Positions 17,433 to 24,860 of a stretch of DNA of 64,000 bases are shown here, one piece after another; positions within the stretch are counted from its first letter, which is position 1; each line of letters begins with the position of its first letter. This DNA comes from Balneolaceae bacterium (GTDB lineage Bacteria > Bacteroidota > Rhodothermia > Balneolales > Balneolaceae), in assembly GCA_040876545.1 (NCBI GenBank), contig JBBDPF010000029.1, forward strand, positions 1,056-65,055. Direction: 5' to 3'. Below the pieces are notes generated by a model. It saw nothing but the letters and a program-made list of their open reading frames with translations, searched no databases and was not told the DNA's origin. Both the position numbers and the translations under genes were made by a program.

Positions 17433-17990
17433 ATGAGAAAAATAATCTATGCACAACTAACCTCACTCGATGGATATATCGAAGATTCTGATGGTAAAAT
17501 TGAATGGACCAAACCGGATGAAGAACTCCACCGGCATTTTAATGAACTGGAAAAAAACCTGGACATCAATTTTTACGGGCGTGGTACGTCGGAAGCGATG
17601 GATTTTTGGCTGACGGCCGAAGAACTTCCGGACCTGAAGGAGCATGAATACGAATACGCCCGCCTCTGGAAAGAAACCCGGCGAATCGTATTTTCCAAAA
17701 CGCTGGATAAAATAGAGGGAAATGCCGAATTAAGAACCGAAGTCAATCCCGATGAAATCCGTGAATTAAAGAATCAACCTGGAGGTGATTTGACAGTTAG
17801 CGGAGCAAGCCTGGCTTCTACTTTTATTCAACTTGGCTTAATAGATGAATTTCGGGTGTATATTCATCCGGTAGCCATTGGCGGCGGAAAGCCAATGTTT
17901 CCGATTCACCAAAAACTGAATCTGAAGTTTGTGGAAAGCAAAACTTTTCACGGCGGTGTGGTGATGCTGAAGTATCAACTCAAAAATTAA
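17433..17990 (+). CDS. dihydrofolate reductase-like protein (RibD C-terminal domain family)
   Basis: The translation shows the RibD_C pattern (SLDGYI...G...W ... VFSKTL ... LIDE..VYIHPV.IGGGKP.F). Confidence 0.8.
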   Translation: MRKIIYAQLTSLDGYIEDSDGKIEWTKPDEELHRHFNELEKNLDINFYGRGTSEAMDFWLTAEELPDLKEHEYEYARLWKETRRIVFSKTLDKIEGNAELRTEVNPDEIRELKNQPGGDLTVSGASLASTFIQLGLIDEFRVYIHPVAIGGGKPMFPIHQKLNLKFVESKTFHGGVVMLKYQLKN

Positions 17991-17994
17991 CCAA

Positions 17995-18027
17995 AGACCT
18001 TGGAGGTTTTGAAAACCTCCAAGGTCT
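17995..18027 (+). terminator. perfect 14-bp hairpin after the RibD_C gene (REP/terminator-like)
   Basis: The hairpin is agaccttggaggtt-ttgaa-aacctccaaggtct and starts 5 nt after the stop codon. A covarying twin lies at 20338-20370. There is no clear T-run. Confidence 0.55.
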
Positions 18028-18041
18028 ACTTTAAATCAACA

Positions 18042-18404
18042 ATGAACTCTATGAAAACAAAAAATCAGAAATTTTTAGAAGAATTCAACAAAGCGTTTGC
18101 CAGAAGTGACACCGATTTTATTCTCCAACATGTTTCTGATGACATTTCCTGGACCATTTATGGAGATTTTTCCATTCAGGGAAAAGAGGCTTTTGCAAAG
18201 GAATTAAAGAAAATGGAGAGTCCCGAACCTTTCGAGCTGATTATCAACAACATCATTACCCATGGGCGATCAGCCGCAGTAGATGGCACCATGACAAGTC
18301 CAGACGGTAAGGTTTATGCCTTTTGTGATTTGTATAAATTTAGCGGATTAAAAAATCCAAAAATCAAAGAGATGAATTCGTATGTGGTGGAGATCAAGAA
18401 GTAG
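18042..18404 (+). CDS. SnoaL-like / NTF2-fold protein
   Basis: The roughly 120-aa translation has the pattern FLEEFNKAFARSD.DFIL.HVSDDI.W. The track start at 18000 lies inside the upstream hairpin, so the ATG at 18042 is preferred. Confidence 0.6.
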   Translation: MNSMKTKNQKFLEEFNKAFARSDTDFILQHVSDDISWTIYGDFSIQGKEAFAKELKKMESPEPFELIINNIITHGRSAAVDGTMTSPDGKVYAFCDLYKFSGLKNPKIKEMNSYVVEIKK

Positions 18405-18456
18405 CTGTTCAAAGTCATTTTAAAAAAATTATTGCAAATAAATTTCATTTATTCTA

Positions 18457-18490
18457 TTTTACTAAAAGGTTAATTAACTAATTAGTAAAA
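18457..18490. promoter_or_regulatory. candidate ArsR operator palindrome
   Basis: The 9-bp arms ttttactaa (18457-18465) and ttagtaaaa (18482-18490) are perfect inverted repeats. They flank the palindrome gttaattaac and end 11 nt upstream of the ArsR ATG. Confidence 0.45.
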
Positions 18491-18500
18491 TTAAATAAAG

Positions 18501-18833
18501 ATGTCAACAGATCCACTCAGTTCCACTTTTCACGCCCTTGCAGATCCTACACGCCGATCAATTTTGGCCAGTTTAACATCCGGTGAAAAATCTGTATCTG
18601 ATCTTGCCGAGCCATTTGATATGACAATGCCGGCCATCACCAAACATCTGAAAGTGCTGGAAAAGGCAAACCTGATTGAACGAAGCAAGCAGGCTCAATA
18701 TCGCCCCTGTAGGCTCCATCCCGAACCACTGAAGGATATTGATGAGTGGATGGAACAGTATCGCATCTTTTTTGAGGCGAGCTTTGATAGACTGGATGAT
18801 TACCTGAAAGAAATGAAAACAAAGGAGGATTAA
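18501..18833 (+). CDS. ArsR/SmtB family transcriptional regulator
   Basis: The translation has the family pattern FHALADPTRRSIL..L..GE.SV.DLA..F.M...AI.KHLKVLE.A.LI. Confidence 0.85.
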   Translation: MSTDPLSSTFHALADPTRRSILASLTSGEKSVSDLAEPFDMTMPAITKHLKVLEKANLIERSKQAQYRPCRLHPEPLKDIDEWMEQYRIFFEASFDRLDDYLKEMKTKED

Positions 18834-18834
18834 T

Positions 18835-19323
18835 ATGAAAACCCAAGCACAAAAAGAAGACAAAAAACTAATCCTGACCCGGGATTTTAACACCACCCCT
18901 ACCCTCATGTTCGAAATATGGAGCGACTGTAAACACCTGAAACACTGGTGGGGGCCTAAAGAATGGCCTATTGATGAATGCATAATGGATTTTCGCGAAG
19001 GCGGAGAATGGAGATATTGCATGCGCGGCCCGAACGAAGGTGACGAAGCCTGGGGAAAGGCCATTTATCAAAATATTAACAAACCGGACAAAATCGTTTA
19101 TCAAGATCATTTCACGGATAAACATGGTAAGACAAATGAAGAACTGCCGAAACCACTGGTAACCGTTGAATTTGAAGATGTGGATGGTAAAACAAGACAG
19201 GTAATGTCTATGCAGTTCAATACCCGGAAAGAATGCCAACAGATTGCCGACATGGGCTTCTTTGAAGGCATGACCAGCTCATTGGATCGAGTGGATGAGT
19301 ATCTGTCAAGTTTAAACCAATAA
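18835..19323 (+). CDS. SRPBCC / AHSA1 (Aha1-like) domain protein
   Basis: The gene starts 1 nt after the ArsR stop. The translation has the typical R.F.A....F..W.....L..WWGP and GG.W.Y.M motifs. Confidence 0.85.
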   Translation: MKTQAQKEDKKLILTRDFNTTPTLMFEIWSDCKHLKHWWGPKEWPIDECIMDFREGGEWRYCMRGPNEGDEAWGKAIYQNINKPDKIVYQDHFTDKHGKTNEELPKPLVTVEFEDVDGKTRQVMSMQFNTRKECQQIADMGFFEGMTSSLDRVDEYLSSLNQ

Positions 19324-19341
19324 CCCAACCGGCAAACAATT

Positions 19342-19719
19342 ATGAAAGAAAAAATACTGAATGTAATCTATGTGCTTGTTGGGTTGATATTTATAAATGC
19401 AGGTTTGAATAAGTTTTTAAACTATATGCCAGTCCCCGAAGATCTGCCTGAAGCGCTTGTCTCCATGTCGATGGCTATGATGGAAATCGGGTGGCTGATG
19501 CCTCTTGTGGCCATCGCGGAAATTACCGGCGGGGCATTATTCACCATCAAAAGATTTCGCGCACTTGGAGCCATCATTCTGTTCCCGGTTGTGACGGGCG
19601 TGTTGATCATTCACTTCACCGTGGCACCATCCGGCTTGCCAATCGCACTGATTTTGGCTTTCATTTTGATTTGGAGTATGATCGAAAACCGGAAAAAATA
19701 CTTTGAGTTAATCAACTAA
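19342..19719 (+). CDS. DoxX-like membrane protein
   Basis: The protein is 125 aa with four predicted transmembrane helices. It has the pattern GLNKF and E..GG..F. Confidence 0.65.
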   Translation: MKEKILNVIYVLVGLIFINAGLNKFLNYMPVPEDLPEALVSMSMAMMEIGWLMPLVAIAEITGGALFTIKRFRALGAIILFPVVTGVLIIHFTVAPSGLPIALILAFILIWSMIENRKKYFELIN

Positions 19720-19760
19720 TGTTGATCATAGAATACATCACTTAAAATAAATCTTAAAAA

Positions 19761-20327
19761 ATGAGAACACTCAAACTTCAAGTACAAATTTCAGTGGATG
19801 GATACATTGCCGGTCCAAACGGCGAGATGGACTGGATGGTGTGGGACTGGGATGATGCATTAAAACAATATGTAGGTGATTTAACAGACCCTGTTGACTG
19901 CATCGTTCTCGGCAGAAAACTCGCCGAAGGATTTATTCCCCACTGGACGGCAGTAGCCTCTGATCCCAAAAACCCGGAAGTACAAGCAGGTAAAAAATTC
20001 ACGAATACCCATAAAGTTGTTTTCTCCAAAACGCTTGAGGAGTCGAAATGGGATCATACTATTTTAGCCAAAGGGGTTCTTGTGGATGAGATCAACAAAC
20101 TGAAAAATCAGGATGGAAGTGACATTATTGCCTATGGGGGAGCAGCCTTTGTTTCATCCCTTATTAAACACGGGCTTATTGACGAGTATCATTTATTAGT
20201 TAATCCAACCGCCATTGGTACCGGGATGCCCATTTTTAATGAACTTGAAGGGAAACAAGACCTGGAACTGGTGCAGGCTAAAGCTTTCGATTGCGGGATT
20301 GTGTTGCTGAATTATAAGCTGAAGTAA
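19761..20327 (+). CDS. dihydrofolate reductase-like protein (RibD_C family, second copy)
   Basis: The translation shows SVDGYIAGPNGEMDW ... VFSKTL ... LIDEYHLLVNPTAIGTG.P.F. It is a paralogue of 17433-17990. Confidence 0.8.
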   Translation: MRTLKLQVQISVDGYIAGPNGEMDWMVWDWDDALKQYVGDLTDPVDCIVLGRKLAEGFIPHWTAVASDPKNPEVQAGKKFTNTHKVVFSKTLEESKWDHTILAKGVLVDEINKLKNQDGSDIIAYGGAAFVSSLIKHGLIDEYHLLVNPTAIGTGMPIFNELEGKQDLELVQAKAFDCGIVLLNYKLK

Positions 20328-20337
20328 CAAGCGGGTA

Positions 20338-20370
20338 AGACCTCCAAGGTTTTTGAAACCTTGGAGGTCT
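20338..20370 (+). terminator. perfect 14-bp hairpin after the second RibD_C gene
   Basis: The hairpin is agacctccaaggtt-tttga-aaccttggaggtct. It matches 17995-18027 except that 3 nt are flipped to their complement in both arms, which preserves the stem. Confidence 0.55.
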
Positions 20371-20455
20371 CGTTGATGCAAACAACTCGTAACATTGCCG
20401 AATATACCAACTGAAAGATTTCTAAAATGTAATCCAAAACTCTAATCTAACTCTT

Positions 20456-20956
20456 ATGGGCATCCAAAAAATCACCACACACCTTTGTTTCGATCATCAA
20501 GCCGAAGACGCTGTGAAATTCTATGTTTCCGTTTTTGGAGAGGATTCAGGTATTGATGCCATAGTTCCCTATTCGGATGAAGGGCAGGAAATCCATGGAA
20601 TGAAAGAAGGCTCAATAATGACGGTAGATTTTCACCTGCGGGGACAATCTTTCATCGCACTAAACGGCGGACCTCATTTTCAATTCAACGAAGCAATTTC
20701 ATTCGTAATTACCTGTAATGATCAGAATGAAATTGACTATTTCTGGAATAAACTTTCTGCCGATCCCAACGCCGAACAGTGTGGCTGGCTAAAAGATAAA
20801 TACGGTGTTTCGTGGCAGGTTGTTCCTGAAGGAATGAATGAAATGCTGACCGATGATGATCCGGAAAAAGTAAAGCGTGCCATGCGCGCTATGTTGCAAA
20901 TGAAGAAGATTGATATTCAAAAATTGAGGGATGCTTTTAAAGGAGCAAGATTATGA
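20456..20956 (+). CDS. VOC-fold protein of the 3-demethylubiquinone-9 3-methyltransferase-domain family (PF06983-like)
   Basis: The translation shows I...L.F...AE.A..FY.S.F ... F.ALNGGP.F.F.EA.SF.I.C..Q.E.D..W..L ... CGWLKDK.GVSWQ..P. Confidence 0.8.
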   Translation: MGIQKITTHLCFDHQAEDAVKFYVSVFGEDSGIDAIVPYSDEGQEIHGMKEGSIMTVDFHLRGQSFIALNGGPHFQFNEAISFVITCNDQNEIDYFWNKLSADPNAEQCGWLKDKYGVSWQVVPEGMNEMLTDDDPEKVKRAMRAMLQMKKIDIQKLRDAFKGARL

Positions 20957-21420
20957 ACAACCGAACCATACACATCACCCGTAATTTTGATGCACCACGA
21001 AAGCTCGTTTTTGAAGCCTTCAGTCAGCCCAAACATATTGGGAAATGGTGGGGACCTAACGGATTTTCAACTACAACCAAGAAAATGAATTTTGAAGTAG
21101 GCGGGGACTGGATTTTCACTATGTATGGACCGGATGGCACGGATTATGAAAACCACATTATATACACCGAAATCGTCAAACCGGAACTGATCAAATACGA
21201 CCACTATGGACATCGCGATGAAGAAGGTGATCCACCTCACTTTAAATCAACCATAATATTTACTGACGTAGTGGGAAAAACCAAAGTTGAAATGAACATG
21301 CTTTTCCCTACGTCAGAAAAACGAAATGAAGCTGCCGAATTCGGCGCCATTGAAGGCGGACATCAAACCTTAGCCAGACTGGCTGAATTTCTTCAAGAAA
21401 CTCATCAACAAACATTGTAA
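20953..21420 (+). CDS. SRPBCC / AHSA1 domain protein
   Basis: The gene has a 4-nt ATGA overlap with the upstream gene. The translation contains the KWWGPNGF and GG.W.F.M.GPDG motifs. Confidence 0.85.
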   Translation: MNNRTIHITRNFDAPRKLVFEAFSQPKHIGKWWGPNGFSTTTKKMNFEVGGDWIFTMYGPDGTDYENHIIYTEIVKPELIKYDHYGHRDEEGDPPHFKSTIIFTDVVGKTKVEMNMLFPTSEKRNEAAEFGAIEGGHQTLARLAEFLQETHQQTL

Positions 21421-21439
21421 ACAACTAATCAAATAAGCC

Positions 21440-21874
21440 ATGCCAACTATCAATCCATATCTGAACTTTCAGGGTAACACCGAAGAAGCTTTCAACTTCT
21501 ACCAATCCATTTTTGGCGGAGACTTTATCGGAGGAATCTCCCGATTCAAAGATACACCTGAAGGTGATCAACTGCCAAAACCCGAGCAGAACAAAGTCAT
21601 GCACATCGGCCTTCCCTTTGGTAACTCAAATATGATTATGGCCACGGATGCACTCGAATCCATGAATCAAAAAGTGAATCAGGGTAACAACGTCTATCTC
21701 TGTATTTCTGCCGATAGCAGACAACAAGCTGATAAATTCTTCAACGGACTTTCTGTCAGTGGTGAGATTGAAATGGAGATGCAAGATATGTTCTGGGGCG
21801 ATTATTTCGGGATGCTGACTGATAAATTTGGGATAAAGTGGATGGTTAGCTTTGATAAAAATCAAGAATCGTGA
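21440..21874 (+). CDS. VOC/glyoxalase-fold protein (PhnB-like)
   Basis: The translation has NPYLNFQGNTEEAFNFYQSIFGG, H and DKFGIKWMV. Confidence 0.8.
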   Translation: MPTINPYLNFQGNTEEAFNFYQSIFGGDFIGGISRFKDTPEGDQLPKPEQNKVMHIGLPFGNSNMIMATDALESMNQKVNQGNNVYLCISADSRQQADKFFNGLSVSGEIEMEMQDMFWGDYFGMLTDKFGIKWMVSFDKNQES

Positions 21875-21887
21875 TTAGTATATACCC

Positions 21888-22433
21888 ATGAGTAAATCTA
21901 TGCGATATGTAGCATTTTTGAGAGGTATTAATGTAGGCGGAAGCCATAAAGTACCCATGGCAGATCTAAGGAAAGAGATGAGCAATCTTGGGTACAAGAA
22001 TGTAAATACGCTACTCAATTCCGGTAACGTTATTTTTGATGCCTCCACTGGAGCAGTTCAGAATCTGGCAGAAAATATATCCAATCATTTAGAGCAGGTA
22101 TTTGGATTTCGAGTCCCGGTGCTTGTACGAAGTGTAGAAAATATTTTTAACCTGATTGATCATGATCCTTTTAAACAAATTGAGTTGACCAACGATTTGA
22201 GGTTTTATGTCTCATTTCTACAAGAAAATCCTAAGGTAGAAATAACTTTGCCATGGTCGGCAGAAGATGAATCCTTTAGAATTCTTGAAATCCGGGATAA
22301 AGTAATCTGTAGTGTATTAGATCTATCTGTTACAAAAACCACAAAAGGGATGAAACTATTGGAACATATGTTTGGAAAAAATTTAACGACAAGAAATTGG
22401 AATACAGTTCTTAAACTTGGAAATAAAATTTAA
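21888..22433 (+). CDS. DUF1697 family protein
   Basis: The translation has the typical N-terminus YVAFLRGINVGG..KV.MADLR........G...V.T.L.SGNVIF. Confidence 0.75.
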   Translation: MSKSMRYVAFLRGINVGGSHKVPMADLRKEMSNLGYKNVNTLLNSGNVIFDASTGAVQNLAENISNHLEQVFGFRVPVLVRSVENIFNLIDHDPFKQIELTNDLRFYVSFLQENPKVEITLPWSAEDESFRILEIRDKVICSVLDLSVTKTTKGMKLLEHMFGKNLTTRNWNTVLKLGNKI

Positions 22434-22451
22434 ACTAAAAGTTATAAAATC

Positions 22452-22826
22452 ATGATGAATCCCTCCTATTACAATACTGTAATGCCTTATTTGATCCTAA
22501 AAAACGTCGAGGCATTTATTGAGTTTACAAAAACCGTGTTTGATGCAGAAGAGAAAATGAAACACCCCGATGAAAATGGACGAGTTGTACATGCTGAAAT
22601 TACAATTGGAGATAGCGCCATTATGACCGGTGAAAGTAATGATCAATATTCTACTCAAAATGCCGGACTCTATATTAATGTAAATTCTGCTGATGAAACC
22701 TATCAAAAAGCACTTGATGCCGGAGCCGAATCTGTAATGGGGCTTTCCGATAAAGAGTATGGAAGAAGCTGTGGAGTGAAAGATCCATTTGGAAACACGT
22801 GGTGGATTACATCCCAAGAAAGTTAA
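22452..22826 (+). CDS. VOC/glyoxalase-fold protein
   Basis: The 124-aa translation has the pattern P.L...N...AI.F....F.A.E......G...HAE..IGDS.IM ... G.KDPFGN.WWI. Confidence 0.75.
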   Translation: MMNPSYYNTVMPYLILKNVEAFIEFTKTVFDAEEKMKHPDENGRVVHAEITIGDSAIMTGESNDQYSTQNAGLYINVNSADETYQKALDAGAESVMGLSDKEYGRSCGVKDPFGNTWWITSQES

Positions 22827-22847
22827 CCCATCCCGAAAATTTAACTT

Positions 22848-22895
22848 GCGTAACTTTTTGGTTACGCTTATATTTATGTAACCGAAAAGTTACAT
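22848..22895. promoter_or_regulatory. two tandem GTAAC-N6-GTTAC palindromes (candidate ArsR operators)
   Basis: The palindromes are gcGTAACtttttgGTTACgc (22848-22867) and atGTAACcgaaaaGTTACat (22876-22895). They end 17 nt upstream of the ArsR ATG at 22912. Confidence 0.55.
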
Positions 22896-22911
22896 AAATA
22901 GATATAATCCA

Positions 22912-23232
22912 ATGCCACAAGATATTTTCCAGGCCATCGCCGACCCCACTCGCAGAGAAATTATTGATCTCTTGGCTGATCAATCACTCCCTGTAAATGA
23001 TGTTGCTGAACGCTTTGATATGAGCCGACCCGCTGTATCCAAACACATCAAAATTTTAAATGAGTGCGGATTGGTTGTCATTCATAAAGAAGGGAGGAAA
23101 CGTTACTGCCGTGCAGATACTCATAAGCTGCAAGAAGTAATGGAGTGGGCCAATCGCTATCGAAAATTCTGGAATGAAAAATTGGATGCACTGGAATTGG
23201 CTTTGGCCACGGAAGTCAAAAAAACTAAATAA
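22912..23232 (+). CDS. ArsR/SmtB family transcriptional regulator (second copy)
   Basis: The translation shows FQAIADPTRREIIDLL...SL.VNDVAERF.MSRPAVSKHIKILNECGLV. Confidence 0.85.
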   Translation: MPQDIFQAIADPTRREIIDLLADQSLPVNDVAERFDMSRPAVSKHIKILNECGLVVIHKEGRKRYCRADTHKLQEVMEWANRYRKFWNEKLDALELALATEVKKTK

Positions 23233-23242
23233 TTACAGGTTA

Positions 23243-23722
23243 ATGAACACACAAAATCACCCAATCGTAAAGACACAAATGCTTATCCGAAAGCCCATTG
23301 AAGAGGTTTTCGAAGCAATGATTGATCCGAATATCACCTCTAATTTCTGGTTCACAAAAAGTAGCGGTCGGGTAGAACCGGACCAAACACTGGAATGGGA
23401 ATGGGGACAATTCGGCTTGAAAGACACCGTGGATATCAAAGAAGTGAAAACCAACGAATTCATTTCCCTCGAATGGAAACTCGGAGATTTAAAAACGCTC
23501 GTGGAGATGAATTTCGAACCGTATTCGGGTTCCTCTACCTTGGTGAAAGTAACAGAAAGTGGATTTTGGAAATCCGAGCCCTCCAGAGATAAAAAACTCA
23601 AAGAAAAAATCAACCTGATGCTGGGTCAAAATGGCGGATGGAATCTTATTCTCAGCAACATGAAGGCTTGGCTGGAACACAAAATTGACCTGAATTTGAT
23701 TGCAGATCATCATCCACAATAA
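23243..23722 (+). CDS. SRPBCC domain protein
   Basis: The ATG at 23243 (MNTQNHPIV) is in frame with the track ORF at 23174, whose 5' end overlaps ArsR. The fold signature is I.K....VFEA..DP......WF. Confidence 0.7.
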   Translation: MNTQNHPIVKTQMLIRKPIEEVFEAMIDPNITSNFWFTKSSGRVEPDQTLEWEWGQFGLKDTVDIKEVKTNEFISLEWKLGDLKTLVEMNFEPYSGSSTLVKVTESGFWKSEPSRDKKLKEKINLMLGQNGGWNLILSNMKAWLEHKIDLNLIADHHPQ

Positions 23723-23770
23723 TCAAATTCTAAAAATTAGGGGCATTTTTAAAATTAAATCTAAACTATC

Positions 23771-24148
23771 ATGAAAATCCAACTCACAAGTATTTATGTC
23801 AATGATCCTGTTGAAGCATTTAAGTTTTATACAGAGATTCTTGGCTTTAAAGAGCAAATGTTCATGCCAGAAGCAAACCTGGCTATCGTAGTATCACCTG
23901 AGGAACCAGAAGGTACCGCAATACTACTTGAACCCAGTGATAATCCCATAGCCAAAGAGTACATGGTCAAACTATATGAAGCCGGACTTCCTCCTATCAT
24001 TTTTTCGGTTAAGGATATTCAGAACGAGTATAAACGTTTGACAAAACTGGATGTGGAGTTCAAAAAGAAGCCCACTCAAATGGATTGGGGTTGGGAAGCT
24101 ATTTTTGATGATACGTGCGGGAACTGGATACAATTAGCACAGAAATAA
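23771..24148 (+). CDS. VOC/glyoxalase-fold protein
   Basis: The 125-aa translation begins with the glyoxalase-type pattern I.L.SIYV.D...A..FYTE.LGF. Confidence 0.75.
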   Translation: MKIQLTSIYVNDPVEAFKFYTEILGFKEQMFMPEANLAIVVSPEEPEGTAILLEPSDNPIAKEYMVKLYEAGLPPIIFSVKDIQNEYKRLTKLDVEFKKKPTQMDWGWEAIFDDTCGNWIQLAQK

Positions 24149-24212
24149 CTTAGAGTTATAATAGCTTTTTAATAGATAAGACCTTGCGAGAATACTTTTA
24201 AGTCGTACAATC

Positions 24213-24758
24213 ATGAACAAACAACACGGCATTTTCCCAGAGCCCGAAACCATACAATTTGAGCGATTGCTTCCCGGTCCGGCTGAGCGAATTTGGGATT
24301 ATCTAACCAAATCGGAATTTAAAGCAAAATGGCTGTCGGCCGGCGATGTAGAACCCCGGGTTGGTGGGAAAGTGGAATTCAGGTTTCAGCATAAAAATCT
24401 GTCCGAAACAGACGATCCCATTCCTGATAAATATAAGCATATGGTAGACGGTACCTATTTTGAAGGCAAAGTAACGGAATGGAATCCTTACAAAAAACTC
24501 AGTTACACATGGGGTGAAGAAACCGGAGAAGAATCTGAGGTTACTTATGAGCTTATCCCAAAAAAGGATGAAAAAGTTCTCCTGAGATTAACCCATCGGA
24601 GATTGGGTGATGATCCTGATACATTGATTAGCGTTTCCAGTGGCTGGCATACTCATCTTGAAATACTTTCTGACAAACTTGAGGGCAAGAAACCAAAGGG
24701 GTTTTGGAAAGTTCATAATCGAATGGAAAAGGAGTACGAACAGATCATCAACAAGTAA
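24213..24758 (+). CDS. SRPBCC / AHSA1 domain protein
   Basis: The translation shows ERLLPGPAERIWDYLT and WL....VEPRVGG. Confidence 0.8.
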   Translation: MNKQHGIFPEPETIQFERLLPGPAERIWDYLTKSEFKAKWLSAGDVEPRVGGKVEFRFQHKNLSETDDPIPDKYKHMVDGTYFEGKVTEWNPYKKLSYTWGEETGEESEVTYELIPKKDEKVLLRLTHRRLGDDPDTLISVSSGWHTHLEILSDKLEGKKPKGFWKVHNRMEKEYEQIINK

Positions 24759-24860
24759 TTCGAAGTTGATCCACTTTCCCCACGAATATTACCATAATCC
24801 TGACGCTGACAGGAGCCAGTAAAAAACGGGCACGCTGTCAGGTCATTCTTATCTCTAAAC

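Noticed and set aside
18573-19064. 163-aa antisense ORF spanning the ArsR/SRPBCC junction
   Set aside because: It lies entirely antisense to two genes with clear family signatures. Its Cys/His/Ser-rich composition is typical of antisense translation, and it has no ribosome-binding site.
24790-24850. Hairpin cctgacgctgacagg...cgggcacgctgtcagg between the convergent SRPBCC and ABC-transporter genes, as a possible member of the repeat families
   Set aside because: The stem is short and imperfect and has no T-run on either side. I could not align it convincingly with the A or B arm families. It may be a weak bidirectional terminator, but the evidence is too thin to call.
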